A stretch of DNA of 64,000 nt from NCBI RefSeq assembly GCF_963921235.1, contig NC_086107.1, positions 115,942,001 to 116,006,000 on the forward strand, written 5' to 3'. The DNA is from Mobula hypostoma (lineage: Eukaryota). A model generated the notes under the pieces. The model saw only the letters and a list, made by a program, of their open reading frames with translations, had not been told where the DNA came from and ran no database searches. Each line of letters begins with the position of its first letter. Positions within the stretch are counted from its first letter, which is position 1. Below are positions 29,524 through 41,500 of the stretch, piece by piece. Made by a program: the position numbers and the translations under genes.

Positions 29524-32500
29524 CTGGGGGAGAGAGAGGGTGTGAAAGAAAGGGTTAGAGGAGATACACTGAATGGAAACACACAAACTGCCCTGGGAGA
29601 GCCACAGGAACCCTGGTTCACTCTCTCCTCTCTCAGAACAAACTCCCCCTCACATACTGAACGACGTCGCCGACGTTCAGAGGACAAAGCTGGAGGTTGA
29701 AGAGTCAAGTCCAGAGGGACAGGTTCGAAGCTCGAAGCCCCTGGATCTGTGTGCACAGAGGGGAATTAAGGGCCATGGGGAAGAGGCAGGGAGGTGGAGA
29801 CGAGTCCATGGTCGGATCAGCCATGATCGTATTGAATGGCGTGGCAGGCTCGAAGGGCCGGATGGCCGACTCCTGCTCCGGCATCTTCTGTCTTTATGCG
29901 TGCTCGGTAGCTGAAGGCCTGGTGTCTGAGAGTCCAGGCCGGGGGCTGGAGGCTCGGTTCCTGACCTCTCAGGGTCTGGAGTAATGGAGGCCTGTCCTGA
30001 AGCTCTGCGGGTGTGAGGGTAGGAAAAGGGAATCTATTAATGTGTTTTATTTTACTGCTGTTCTGTTGTTTCTGCTGTTCTGTTGTTCTATGGAAGCTAT
30101 GGGCACGCGATGTGGCCACCGGAATGTGCGACTCGCCTCTCTCTCTAACCCAGGTGACACTGGGCAGCGATGGGGAGATGGAAATGGCTGATTTACCCCT
30201 CTCTCTCTATCCCAAAAAACTGCTGGGGTTTTCCTCCACACCGTCTCCAACACCAACACCTCCTCCGTTCCTGGGGAGACTCACCTCCTCAGAGATGTTG
30301 TTGAAGGTGTTCACATACCCTGCTCCTCCAAGCAGACCTTCGTACAGGATAATGGCGAACACAATCCAGATCGTCGGCAGATATGAAAACCAAACCACGG
30401 AGAGCAGGAAAAACAAATTCACAAACTGAGAAAGAGAACAAGTTAACGGTTATATACAGAATGAAACTCCCTCCACAGCGTCCCATCACACACTCCCAGG
30501 GTCAGACAGAGTGAATCTCCCTCCACACCGTCCCATCACACACTCCCGGGATCAGACACAGAGTGAATCTCCCTCCACACCGTCCCATCACACACTCCCG
30601 GGGTCAGACACAGAGTGAAACTCCCTCCACACCGTCCCATCACACACTCCCGGGGTCAGACACAGAGTGAATCTCCCTCCACACCGTCCCATCACACACT
30701 CCCGGGGTCAGACACAGAGTGAATCTCCCTCCACACCGTCCCATCACACACTCCCGGGGTCAGACAGAGAGTGAATCTCCCTCCACACCGTCCCATCACA
30801 CACTCCCGGGGTCAGACACAGAGTGAATCTCCCTCCACACCGTCCCATCACACACTCCCGGGGTCAGACAGAGTGAATCTCCCTCCACACCGTCCCATCA
30901 CACACTCCCGGGATCAGACACAGAGTGAATCTCCCTCCACACCGTCCCATCACACACTCCCGGGGTCAGACACAGAGTGAATCTCCCTCCACACCGTCCC
31001 ATCACACACTCCCGGGGTCAGACACAGAGTGAAGTTCCCCGCATCACCCACCACTGTCTGCGGCCTCCATCCTATCACATAAGGATGAGAATACCTGCAA
31101 GACTGCGGGAATCCAGATACGATGAATCCGAAAGCATTTTGCAGATGATCTTGATGCAAACACACCAGCCTGGTATATTGTCTGATACCTGTGGCGGGGT
31201 GAGGGAGATCAGTGACAGAGAGACAGGGGGAGGGAGAGGGTGGGACAGAGAGAGAAAGAGAACAAAAGGGAGAGAGAGAGAGACACACACACACACACAG
31301 AGCCAGAGATTTGAGTGGTGAGGAGAGCTCCTGGAAGAGGTGGATGGATAAAGCAAGAGAGAGGAGAGTAGAGCCAGTGAGAGATTTCAGACAAGGTGGG
31401 GATGGTAAAGATCCGGGGGGGAAGGGTGGGAGGACGTGGGGGGGGAGAGAGGAGGGGGTGGAGAGAGGAGGGGGGGAGAGAGGAGGGGGGAGAGAGGAGG
31501 GGGAGAGAGAGGGGAGAGAGGAGGGGGGAGAGAGGAGGGGGAGGGAGGAGGGGGGAGAGAGGAGGGGGAGAGAGGGGGGAGGAGGAGGGGGGAGAGAGGA
31601 GGGGGGAGAGGGGGGGGAGAGGAGGGGGAGAGAGGAGGGGGGAGAGAGGAGGGGGAGAGAGGAGGGGGAGAGAGGGAGAGAGAGGGGGAGGAGGGAGGGG
31701 GGGAGGGGGAGGAGGAGGGGGAGAGAGGGGGGGGAGAGAGGAGGGGGAGGGAGGGAGAGAGGAGGGGGGAGAGGGAGGGGGGGGGGGGAGAGGAGGGGAG
31801 AGAGGGGGGAGAGAGGAGGGGGGGAGGAGGGGGGAGAGGGGGGGGGAGAGGAGGGGGAGGAGGGGAGAGGAGAGGGGGGAGGGAGAGAGGGGGGGAGAGA
31901 GGAGGGGGAGAGAGGAGGGGGAGAGAGGAGGGGGGAGAGAGGAGGGGGAGAGAGGGGGAGAGAGGGGGGGAGAGAGGAGGGGGGAGAGAGGAGGGGGGAG
32001 GAGGGAGGGGGGGGAGGGAGGGGAGAGGAGGGGGGGAGAGGAGGGGGGAGAGGAGGGGGGGGAGAGGAGGGGGGGAGAGAGGAGGGGGGAGAGAGGAGGG
32101 GGGAGAGAGGAGGGGGGGAGAGAGGAGGGGGGAGAGAGGAGGGGGAGGGAGGAGGGGGAGAGAGGAGGGGGGGGAGAGAGGAGGGGGGGAGAGAGGAGGG
32201 GGGGAGAGAGGAGGGGGGGAGAGAGGAGGGGGGGGAGAGAGGAGGGGGGGAGAGAGGAGGGGGGGAGAGAGGAGGGTGGAGAGAGGAGGGTGGAGAGAGG
32301 AGGGTGGGGGAGAGGAAGGGTGGGGGAGAGAGGAAGGGTGGGAGAGAGGAAGGGGGAGAGAGAGGAAGGGGGAGAGAGAGGAAGGGGGAGAGAGAGGAAG
32401 GGGAGAGAGAGGAAGGGGGAGAGAGAGGAAGGGGGAGAGAGAGGAAGTGGGGAGAGAGGAAGTGGGGAGAGAGGAAGTGGGGAGAGAGGAAGGGGGAGAG

Positions 32501-35500
32501 AGGAGGAGGGGGGAAGGGGGGAGAGAGGAGGAGGGGGGAAGGGGGGAGAGAGGAGGAGGGGGGAAGGGGGGAGAGAGGAGGAGGGGGAAGGGGGAGAGAG
32601 GAGGAGGGGGGAGAGGAGGAGGGGGAAGGGGGGAGAGAGGAGGAGGGGGGGAGAGAGGAGGAGGGGGAAGGGGGAAGGGGGAGAGAGGAGGAGGGGGAAG
32701 GGGGAAGGGGGAAGAGGGGGGGAGAGAGGAGGGGGGAGAGAGGAGGAGGGGGGAAGGGGGGAAGAGAGAGGAGGGGGGAAGGGGGGAGAGAGGAGGGGGG
32801 AAGGGGGGGAGAGGAGGAGGGGGAAGGGGGGAGAGAGGAGGAGGGGAAGGGGGGAGAGAGGAGGAGGGGGGAAGGGGGGAGAGAGGAGGAGGGGGAAGGG
32901 GGGAGAGAGGAGGAGGGGGGGAGAGGAGGAGGGGGAAGGGGGGAGAGAGGAGGAGGGGGGGAGAGAGGAGGAGGGGGAAGGGGGAAGGGGGAGAGAGGAG
33001 GAGGGGGAAGGGGGAAGGGGGAAGAGGGGGGGAGAGAGGAGGGGGGAGAGAGGAGGAGGGGGAAGGGGGAAGGGGGGGAGAGAGGAGGAGGGGGGAAGGG
33101 GGGAAGAGAGAGGAGGGGGGAAGGGGGGAGAGAGGAGGGGGGAAGGGGGGGGAGAGGAGGAGGGGGAAGGGGGGAGAGAGGAGGAGGGGAAGGGGGGAGA
33201 GAGGAGGAGGGGGGAGGGGGGAGAGAGGAGGAGGGGGGAGGGGGGAGAGAGGAGGAGGGGGAAGGGGGAAGGGGGAGAGAGGAGGAGGGGGAAGGGGGAA
33301 GAGGGAGAGAGGAGGAGGGGGAAGGGGGAAGAGGGGGGAGAGAGGAGGAGGGGGAAGGGGGAAGAGGGGGAGAGAGGAGGGGGGAGAGAGGAGGAGGGGG
33401 AAGGGGGAAGGGGGGAGAGAGGAGGAGGGGGGAAGGGGGAAGAGGGGGGAGAGAGGAGGGGGGAAGGGGGAGAGAGGAGGGGGGAAGGGGGGAGAGGAGG
33501 GGGGAAGGGGGGAGAGCGGGGGGAAGGGGGGAAGAGGAGGGGGAAGGGAAGGGGGGAGAGAGGAGGGGGGAGAGAGGAGGGGGGAGAGAGGAGGGGGAGA
33601 GAGGGGGGAGAGAGGAGGGGAGAGAGGGGGGGAGAGAGGAGGGGGAGAGGGAGGGGGAGAGAGGAGGGGGAGAGAGAGGGGGGAGAGAGGAGGGGGGAGA
33701 GAGGAGGGGGGGAGAGGAGGGGAGAGGGAGGGGGGGAGGGAGGAGGGGGGGGAGAGAGGAGGGGGGGAGAGAGGAGGGGGGAGAGAGGAGGGGGGAGAGA
33801 GGAGGGGGGGAGAGAGGAGGGGGGAGAGAGGAGGGGGAGAGAGGGGGGGAGAGAGGGGAGGGAGGAGAGGGGGGGAGAGAGGAGGGGGGGAGAGAGGAGG
33901 GGGGAGAGAGGAGGGTGGGAGAGAGGAGGGTGGGAGAGAGGAGGGTGGGAGAGAGGAAGGGTGGGAGAGAGGAGGGTGGGGGAGAGGAAGGGTGGGGGAG
34001 AGAGGAAGGGTGGGAGAGAGGAAGGGGGAGAGAGAGGAAGGGGGAGAGAGAGGAAGGGGGAGAGAGAGGAAGGGGGAGAGAGAGGAAGGGGGAGAGAGAG
34101 GAAGGGGGAGAGAGAGGAAGGGGGAGAGAGGGGAAGTGGGGAGAGAGGAAGTGGGGAGAGAGGAAGTGGGGAGAGAGGAAGTGGGGAGAGAGGAAGTGGG
34201 GAGAGAGGAAGGGGGAGAGAGGAGGAGGGGGGAAGGGGGGAGAGAGGAGGAGGGGGGAAGGGGGAGAGAGGAGGAGGGGGGAAGGGGGGAGAGAGGAGGA
34301 GGGGGAAGGGGGAGAGAGGAGGAGGGGGGAGAGGAGGAGGGGGAAGGGGGGAGAGAGGAGGAGGGGGGGAGAGAGGAGGAGGGGGAAGGGGGAAGGGGGA
34401 GAGAGGAGGAGGGGGAAGGGGGAAGGGGGAAGAGGGGAGAGAGGAGGGGGGAGAGAGGAGGGGGAGAGAGGAGGAGGGGGGAAGGGGGGAAGAGAGAGGA
34501 GGGGGGAAGGGGGGAGAGAGGAGGGGGGAAGGGGGGGAGAGGAGGAGGGGGAAGGGGGGAGAGAGGAGGAGGGGAAGGGGGGAGAGAGGAGGAGGGGGGA
34601 AGGGGGGAGAGAGGAGGAGGGGGAAGGGGGGAGAGAGGAGGAGGGGGGAGAGGAGGAGGGGGAAGGGGGGAGAGAGGAGGAGGGGGGAGAGAGGAGGAGG
34701 GGGAAGGGGGAAGGGGGAGAGAGGAGGAGGGGGAAGGGGGAAGGGGGAAGAGGGGGGAGAGAGGAGGGGGAGAGAGGAGGAGGGGGAAGGGGGAAGGGGG
34801 GAGAGAGGAGGAGGGGGGAAGGGGGGAAGAGAGAGGAGGGGGGAAGGGGGGAGAGAGGAGGGGGGAAGGGGGGGGAGAGGAGGAGGGGGAAGGGGGGAGA
34901 GAGGAGGAGGGGAAGGGGGGAGAGAGGAGGAGGGGGGAGGGGGGAGAGAGGAGGAGGGGGGAGGGGGGAGAGAGGAGGAGGGGGGAGGGGGAGAGAGGAG
35001 GAGGGGGAAGGGGGAAGGGGGAGAGAGGAGGAGGGGGAAGGGGGAAGAGGGAGAGAGGAGGAGGGGGAAGGGGGAAGAGGGGGGAGAGAGGAGGAGGGGG
35101 AAGGGGGAAGAGGGGGAGAGAGAGGAGGAGGGGGAAGGGGGAAGAGGGGGGGAGAGAGGAGGGGGGAGAGAGGAGGAGGGGGAAGGGGGAAGGGGGGGAG
35201 AGAGGAGGAGGGGGGAAGGGGGGAAGAGGGGGGGAGAGAGGAGGGGGGAAGGGGGAGAGAGGAGGGGGGAAGGGGGGAGAGGAGGGGGGAAGGGGGGAGA
35301 GGAGGGGGGAAGGGGGGAAGAGGAGGGGGGAAGGGGGGGAAGAGGAGGGGGGAAGGGGGGGAAGAGGAGGGGGGAAGGGGGGGAAGAGGAGGGGGGAAGG
35401 GGGGAAGAGGGGGAGAGAGGAGGAGGGGGAAGGGGGAAGAGGGGGGAGGCCTGGGGGGGAAGAGGGGGGTGGGGGAGAGGAGGAGGGGGGAAGAGGGGGG

Positions 35501-38500
35501 TGGGGGAGAGGAGGAGGGGGAAGAGGGGGGGTGGGGGAGAGGAGGAGGAGGGGAGAGGAGCAGGGGGGGAGAGGAGGAGGGAGGGGGGAGAGGAGGAGGG
35601 AGGGGGGAGAGGAGGAGGGAGGGGGGAGAGGAGGAGGGAGGGGGGAGAGGAGGAGGGGGGGGGAGAGGAGGAGGGGGGGAGAGGAGGAGGAGGGGGAGAG
35701 GAGGAGGAGGGGGGGAGAGGAGGAGGAGGGGGAGAGGAGGAGGAGGGGGGAGAGGAGGAGGAGGGGGAGAGGAGGAGGAGGGGGAGAGGAGGAGGAGGGG
35801 AGGAGGAGGAGGGGGGGAGATGACGTGGGGAGGAGGGGGGGAGATGACGTGGGGAGGAGGGGGAGAGATGACGTGGGGAGGAGGGGGGGAGATGACGTGG
35901 GGAGGAGGGGGGGAGATGACGTGGGGAGGAGGGGGGGAGATGACGTGGGGAGGAGGGGGGGAGATGACGTGGGGAGGGGGGGAGATGACGTGGGGAGGGG
36001 GGAGATGACGGGGGGAGGGGGAGATGACGTGGGGAGGGGGGGAGATGACGTGGGGAGGGGGGGAGATGACGTGGGGAGGGGGGGAGATGACGTGGGGGGG
36101 AGGGGGGGAGATGACGTGGGGGGGAGGGGGGGAGATGACGTGGGGGGGAGGGGGGAGATGACGTGGGGGGGAGGGGGGAGATGACGTGGGGGAGGGGGGG
36201 AGATGACGTGGGGGGGAGGGGGGGAGATGACGTGGGGAGGAGGGGGGGAGATGACGTGGGGAGGAGGGGGGGAGATGACGTGGGGAGGAGGGGGGGAGAT
36301 GACGTGGGGAGGAGGGGGGAGATGACGTGGGGAGGAGGGGGGGAGATGACGTGGGGAGGAGGGGGGGAGATGACGTGGGGAGGAGGGGGGGAGATGACGT
36401 GGGGAGGAGGGGGGAGATGACGTGGGGAGGAGGGGGGGAGATGACGTGGGGAGGAGGGGGGGAGATGACGTGGGGAGGAGGGGGGGAGATGACGTGGGGA
36501 GGAGGGGGGGAGATGACGTGAGGAGGGGGGGAGATGACGTGAGGAGGAGGGGGGAGATGACGTGAGGAGGAGGGGGGGAGATGACGTGAGGAGGAGGGGG
36601 GGAGATGACGTGGGGAGGAGGGGGGGAGATGACGTGAGGAGGAGGGGGGGAGATGACGTGGGGAGGAGGGGGGAGATGACGTGGGGAGGAGGGGGGAGAT
36701 GACGTGGGGAGGGGGGGAGATGACGTGGGGAGGGGGGGAGATGACGTGGGGAGGGGGGGAGATGACGTGGGGAGGAGGGGGGAGATGACATGGGGAGGGG
36801 GGGAGATGACATGGGGAGGGGGGGAGATGACATGGGGAGGGGGGGAGATGACGTGGGGGGGAGGGGGGGAGATGACGTGGGGGGGAGGGGGGGAGATGAC
36901 GTGGGGAGGAGGGGGGGAGATGACGTGAGGAGGAGGGGGGGAGATGACGTGGGGAGGAGGGGGGGAGATGACGTGGGGAGGAGGGGGGGAGATGACGTGG
37001 GGAGGAGGGGGGGAGATGACGTGGGGAGGAGGGGGGGAGATGACGTGAGGAGGGGGGGAGATGACGTGAGGAGGAGGGGGGAGATGACGTGAGGAGGAGG
37101 GGGGGAGATGACGTGGGGAGGAGGGGGGGAGATGACGTGAGGAGGAGGGGGGGAGATGACGTGAGGAGGAGGGGGGGAGATGACGTGAGGAGGAGGGGGG
37201 GAGATGACGTGGGGAGGGGGGGAGATGACGTGGGGAGGAGGGGGGAGATGACATGGGGAGGGGGGGAGATGACATGGGGAGGGGGGGAGATGACGTGGGG
37301 AGGGGGGGAGATGACGTGGGGAGGGGGGGAGATGACGTGGGGAGGGGGGGAGATGACGTGGGGAGGGGGGGAGATGACGTGGGGAGGGGGGGAGATGACG
37401 TGGGGAGGAGGCTGGGGGTAACGATGAGGTCCGAGGCAACACTCACCACCTGTACTGGGCGCTGTGACCCAGGAAGCAGGTCGGGAAATACAGGAGTTCA
37501 AACTGGCAAGGTGGGAGAGACACGGTTAGTGTGGAGACAAACCTCAACCCTCACACTCTTCTCTCACCCCACCCTCGTTACTCACCCTTCTCCGTACTGT
37601 CCTCACACCCCCCCCGTACCTGACTTATTCACTGTCGCTTTTGCTGCCCACTGTCCCCTCCCTCCTCCCCCTGTCCCCACCCCTCCCTTCATACCTCACC
37701 CCCACTGTCCCCACCCCTACCTTCATACCTCACCCCCTCTGTCCCCACCCCTCCCTTCAAACCTCACCCCCACTGTCCCCACCCATCCCTTCATACCTCA
37801 CCCCCTCTGTCCCCACCCCTCCCTTCATATCTCACCCTGTCCCCTCCCTTCCAGCCCCTGTTCCCACCCATCCCTTTATACCTCACCCCCTCTGTCCCCA
37901 CCCCTCCCTTCATACCTCACCCCGTCCCCTCCCTTCCAGCCCCTGTCCCCACCCATCCCTTTATACCTCACCCCCTCTGTCCCCACCCCTCCCTTCATAC
38001 CTCACCCCGTCCCCTCCTTTCCAGCCCCTGTCCCCACCCATCCCTTCATACCTCACCCCCTCTGTCCCCACCTCTCCCTTCATACCTCACCCCGTCCCCT
38101 CCTTTCCAGCCCCTGTTCCCACCCATCCCTTCATACCTCACCCCGTCCCCTCCCTTCCAGCCCCTGTCCCCACCCATCCCTTCATACCTCACCCCCTCTG
38201 TCCCCACCCCTCCCTTCATACCTCACCCCCTCTGTCCCCACCCCTCCCTTCATACCTTACCCCGTCCCCTCCCTTCCAGCCCCTGTCTCCACCCATCCCT
38301 TCATACCTCACCCCGTCCCCTCCCTTCCAGCCCCTGTCCCCACCCATCCCTTCATACCTCACCCCCTGTCCCCACCCCTCCCTTCATACCTCACCCTGTC
38401 CCCTCCCTTCCAGCCCCTGTCCCCACCCATCCCTTCATACCTCACCCCCTCTGTCCCCACCCCTCCCTTCATACCTCACCCCGTCCCCTCCCTTCCAGCC

Positions 38501-41500
38501 CCTGTCCCCACCCATCCCTTCATACCTCACCCCCTCTGTCCCCACCCCTCCCTTCATACCTCACCCCGTGCCCTCCCTTCCAGCCCCTGTCCCCACCCAT
38601 CCCTTCATACCTCACCCCCTCTGTCCCCACCCCTCCCTTCATACCTCACCCCGTCCCCTCCTTTCCAGCCCCTGTCCCCACCCTAACCTTCATACCTCAC
38701 CCCCTGTCCCCACCCCTCCCTTCATACCTCACCCCGTCCCCTCCCTTCCAGCCCCTGTCCCCACCCATCCCTTCATACCTCACCCCCTCTGTCCCCACCC
38801 CTCCCTTCATACCTCACCCCGTCCCCTCCCTTCCAGCCCCTGTCCCCACCCATCCCTTCATACCTCACCCCCTCTGTCCCCACCCCTCCCTTCATACCTC
38901 ACCCCGTCCCCTCCCTTCCAGCCCCTGTCCCCACCCATCCCTTCATACCTCACCCCGTCCCCTCCCTTCATACCTCACCCCTCTGTCCCCACCCCTCCCT
39001 TCATACCTCACCCCATCCCCTCCCTTCTTCCCCCTGTCCCCACCCCTCCCTTCATACCTCACCCCCTCTGTCCCCAGCCTTCTCCGACTTCCCACCATTC
39101 CCCATTGCTGCCATTCCCCCCCACAGCACTCACCTTTCCCTCCCTTCACTGTCTGCACCGTCCCCACCCTTCCCTACGTAGCCACAGCTCCCCCTCTCCC
39201 TCACCCCGTCCATCCACTCCTCCTCCCCTCACTCCTGATACTCACCAAGCCCTGGTTAATGAAATACTCGGCAAAGTAAATGAGTGACAAAGGAACCGTG
39301 TACTTCAGAAACCGCTGTGGAAAAAATGTCACCATCAGTCCAGAGAGCTGCCAATACAGACGGTTCCCTCACCCTCAACCCCCAGCCCCAGTCTGTAGCC
39401 AGTGTGAGCATCGAGAGCCCCCGGGACAGGTACCACACACACACACACTCCTCCCACTAACTCACTCCCCCCCCCCCGCGTCTGTAGCCAGTGTGAGCAT
39501 CGAGAGCCCCCGGGACAGGTACCACACCGTACCTGAATTATTTGCATCTTGTTGCTGAAATTCAGGTGTGACTCCATGGATCCTGTAGGAATGAATTCCA
39601 TCCGTCAGTAAAATGCCGCCATTGGCGGGCGGTCAGAGCGAGGGACAGCAGGGGTCAGCGTCTCACCTGAACCCCCCGATGGGATCAGGGGTTGCTCTTC
39701 CAGTCCTTCATCCCGGTCCCTGCGTGCTGCGCTCCCATCCACGTTTTCCAGACCCCAGTTCGAGAAGGTTGGAGGCAAAACCAGGAGGCAGAAGTAACTG
39801 GAAAGGAGTGAATGAGTAAGAGGGGGCAGTGCGGTCGTGCGCGAGGGGTGTGGAGGGGGAGGGGAGAGGGGGAGGGGGAAGGGAAGAGAGAAGTGGGAGG
39901 AAAGGCCTCAGGGGTGGTTGTGGGGGGAGCGAGGGAAGTAGGCGAAAGATTTTAAACTCTGAACCCTCCCCCACCAATCACACCATCTGTCTGTCCTCTC
40001 CCCTCCCTCCCCCACCTCTTCCCCACCCAGCTCTCCCCACCACCTCGCTACCCTCTCCCCACCCCGCCGTTACCTGGCCCACTGTATGACGGGGACGAGC
40101 ACCATCAGCTGCAGGGTGTGTCGGGGAGTGAGGGCGCCCTGCGTCAGCCCCGAGTAGGAGAGGGCCCCGAACAGGCCAGCAGCGCCCGTACCAGATGCCC
40201 AACCCCACACAACCTCCCTGTGGGGGGAGAGGACAAGGTCACTCAGCGCACAGTCACCGAGACGGAGAGGGAGGGTGTGACGGGGGTGTGGGGGGGACGA
40301 AGGGTCGGGAGGGATGTAGGAGTGGGAGAGGGTGACAGAGATGGGGGTGAGGTGTAGGGGAGGATGCATGTGATGGAAAGGGGTGGAGGTGTAGAGGAGT
40401 TGAGGGGTGACAAAGATGGAGAGGGGTGTAGCAGAGGGAGGGGGTGACAGGGAGGTGTTCACAGAGATAGGGAGGAGTGTAGGATAGGGTCTGACAGGGA
40501 TGGAGGAGGAGGGGGAGGAGAGGGAGGGGGGGAGGGGGGAAGGGGAGTAGAAGGGGGAGGGGGAGGGGAGGGGGAGGGCGAGAAGGGAGGGGAGGGGAGG
40601 GGTAGGGACAGACTCACGTTTGGAAGTGTGCTGTCAGTGACAGAAAGGTGTACTCCCCCAGGCCTGAGGAGACACTTGCAAACACCACCCCTGTGAACAG
40701 AAAACAACATTGGTATCACACATTTTCATTTACGGGGGTGGGGGGAGCCGGTCGGTAGAGGCATGCAGGACAGAGGGCGATGAGCGGGAGATGGTGACAG
40801 AGACGGAGGAGGAGGGGGGTGACAGGACTGAGGGGGGGGGGTGTAGGAGGTTTGACGGCGATGGGGAGGGGTGATGGGTGGGAAGTGAGGATTCAGTCGG
40901 GGAGGGGATGGGGGATTCAGACGGGGAGGGGAGGGGGGATTCAGTCGGGGAGGGGAGGGGGGATTCAGTCGGGGAGGGGATGGGGATACAGTCGGGGAGG
41001 GGATGGGGGATTCAGTCGGGGAGGGGATGGGGGATTCAGACGGGGAGTGGAGGGGGGATTCAGTCGGGGAGGGGAGGGGGGATTCAGTCGGGGAGGGGAT
41101 GGGGGATACAGTCGGGGAGGGGAGGGGGGATTCAGTCGGGGAGGGGATGGGGATACAGTCGGGGAGGGGATGGGGGATTCAGACGGGGAGTGGAGGGGGG
41201 ATTCAGTCGGGGAGGGGAGGGGGGATTCAGTCGGGGAGGGGATGGGGGATACAGTCGGGGAGGGGAGGGGGGATTCAGTCGGGGAGGGGAGGGGGGATTC
41301 AGTCGGGGAGGGGATGGGGGATTCAGTCGGGGAGGGGATGGGGGATACAGTCGGGGAGGGGATGGGGGATACAGTCGGGGAGGGGAGGGGGGATTCAGTC
41401 GGGGAGGGGATGGGGGATTCAGACGGGGAGTGGAGGGGGGATTCAGTCGGGGAGGGGATGGGGGATTCAGACGGGGAGTGGAGGGGGGATACAGTCGGGG

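Noticed and set aside
30950..37501. ORFs of 1475-2183 aa (Pro/Ser/Leu or Gly/Glu/Arg rich)
   Set aside because: Open in all six frames because of low complexity; they lie within a cln3 intron.
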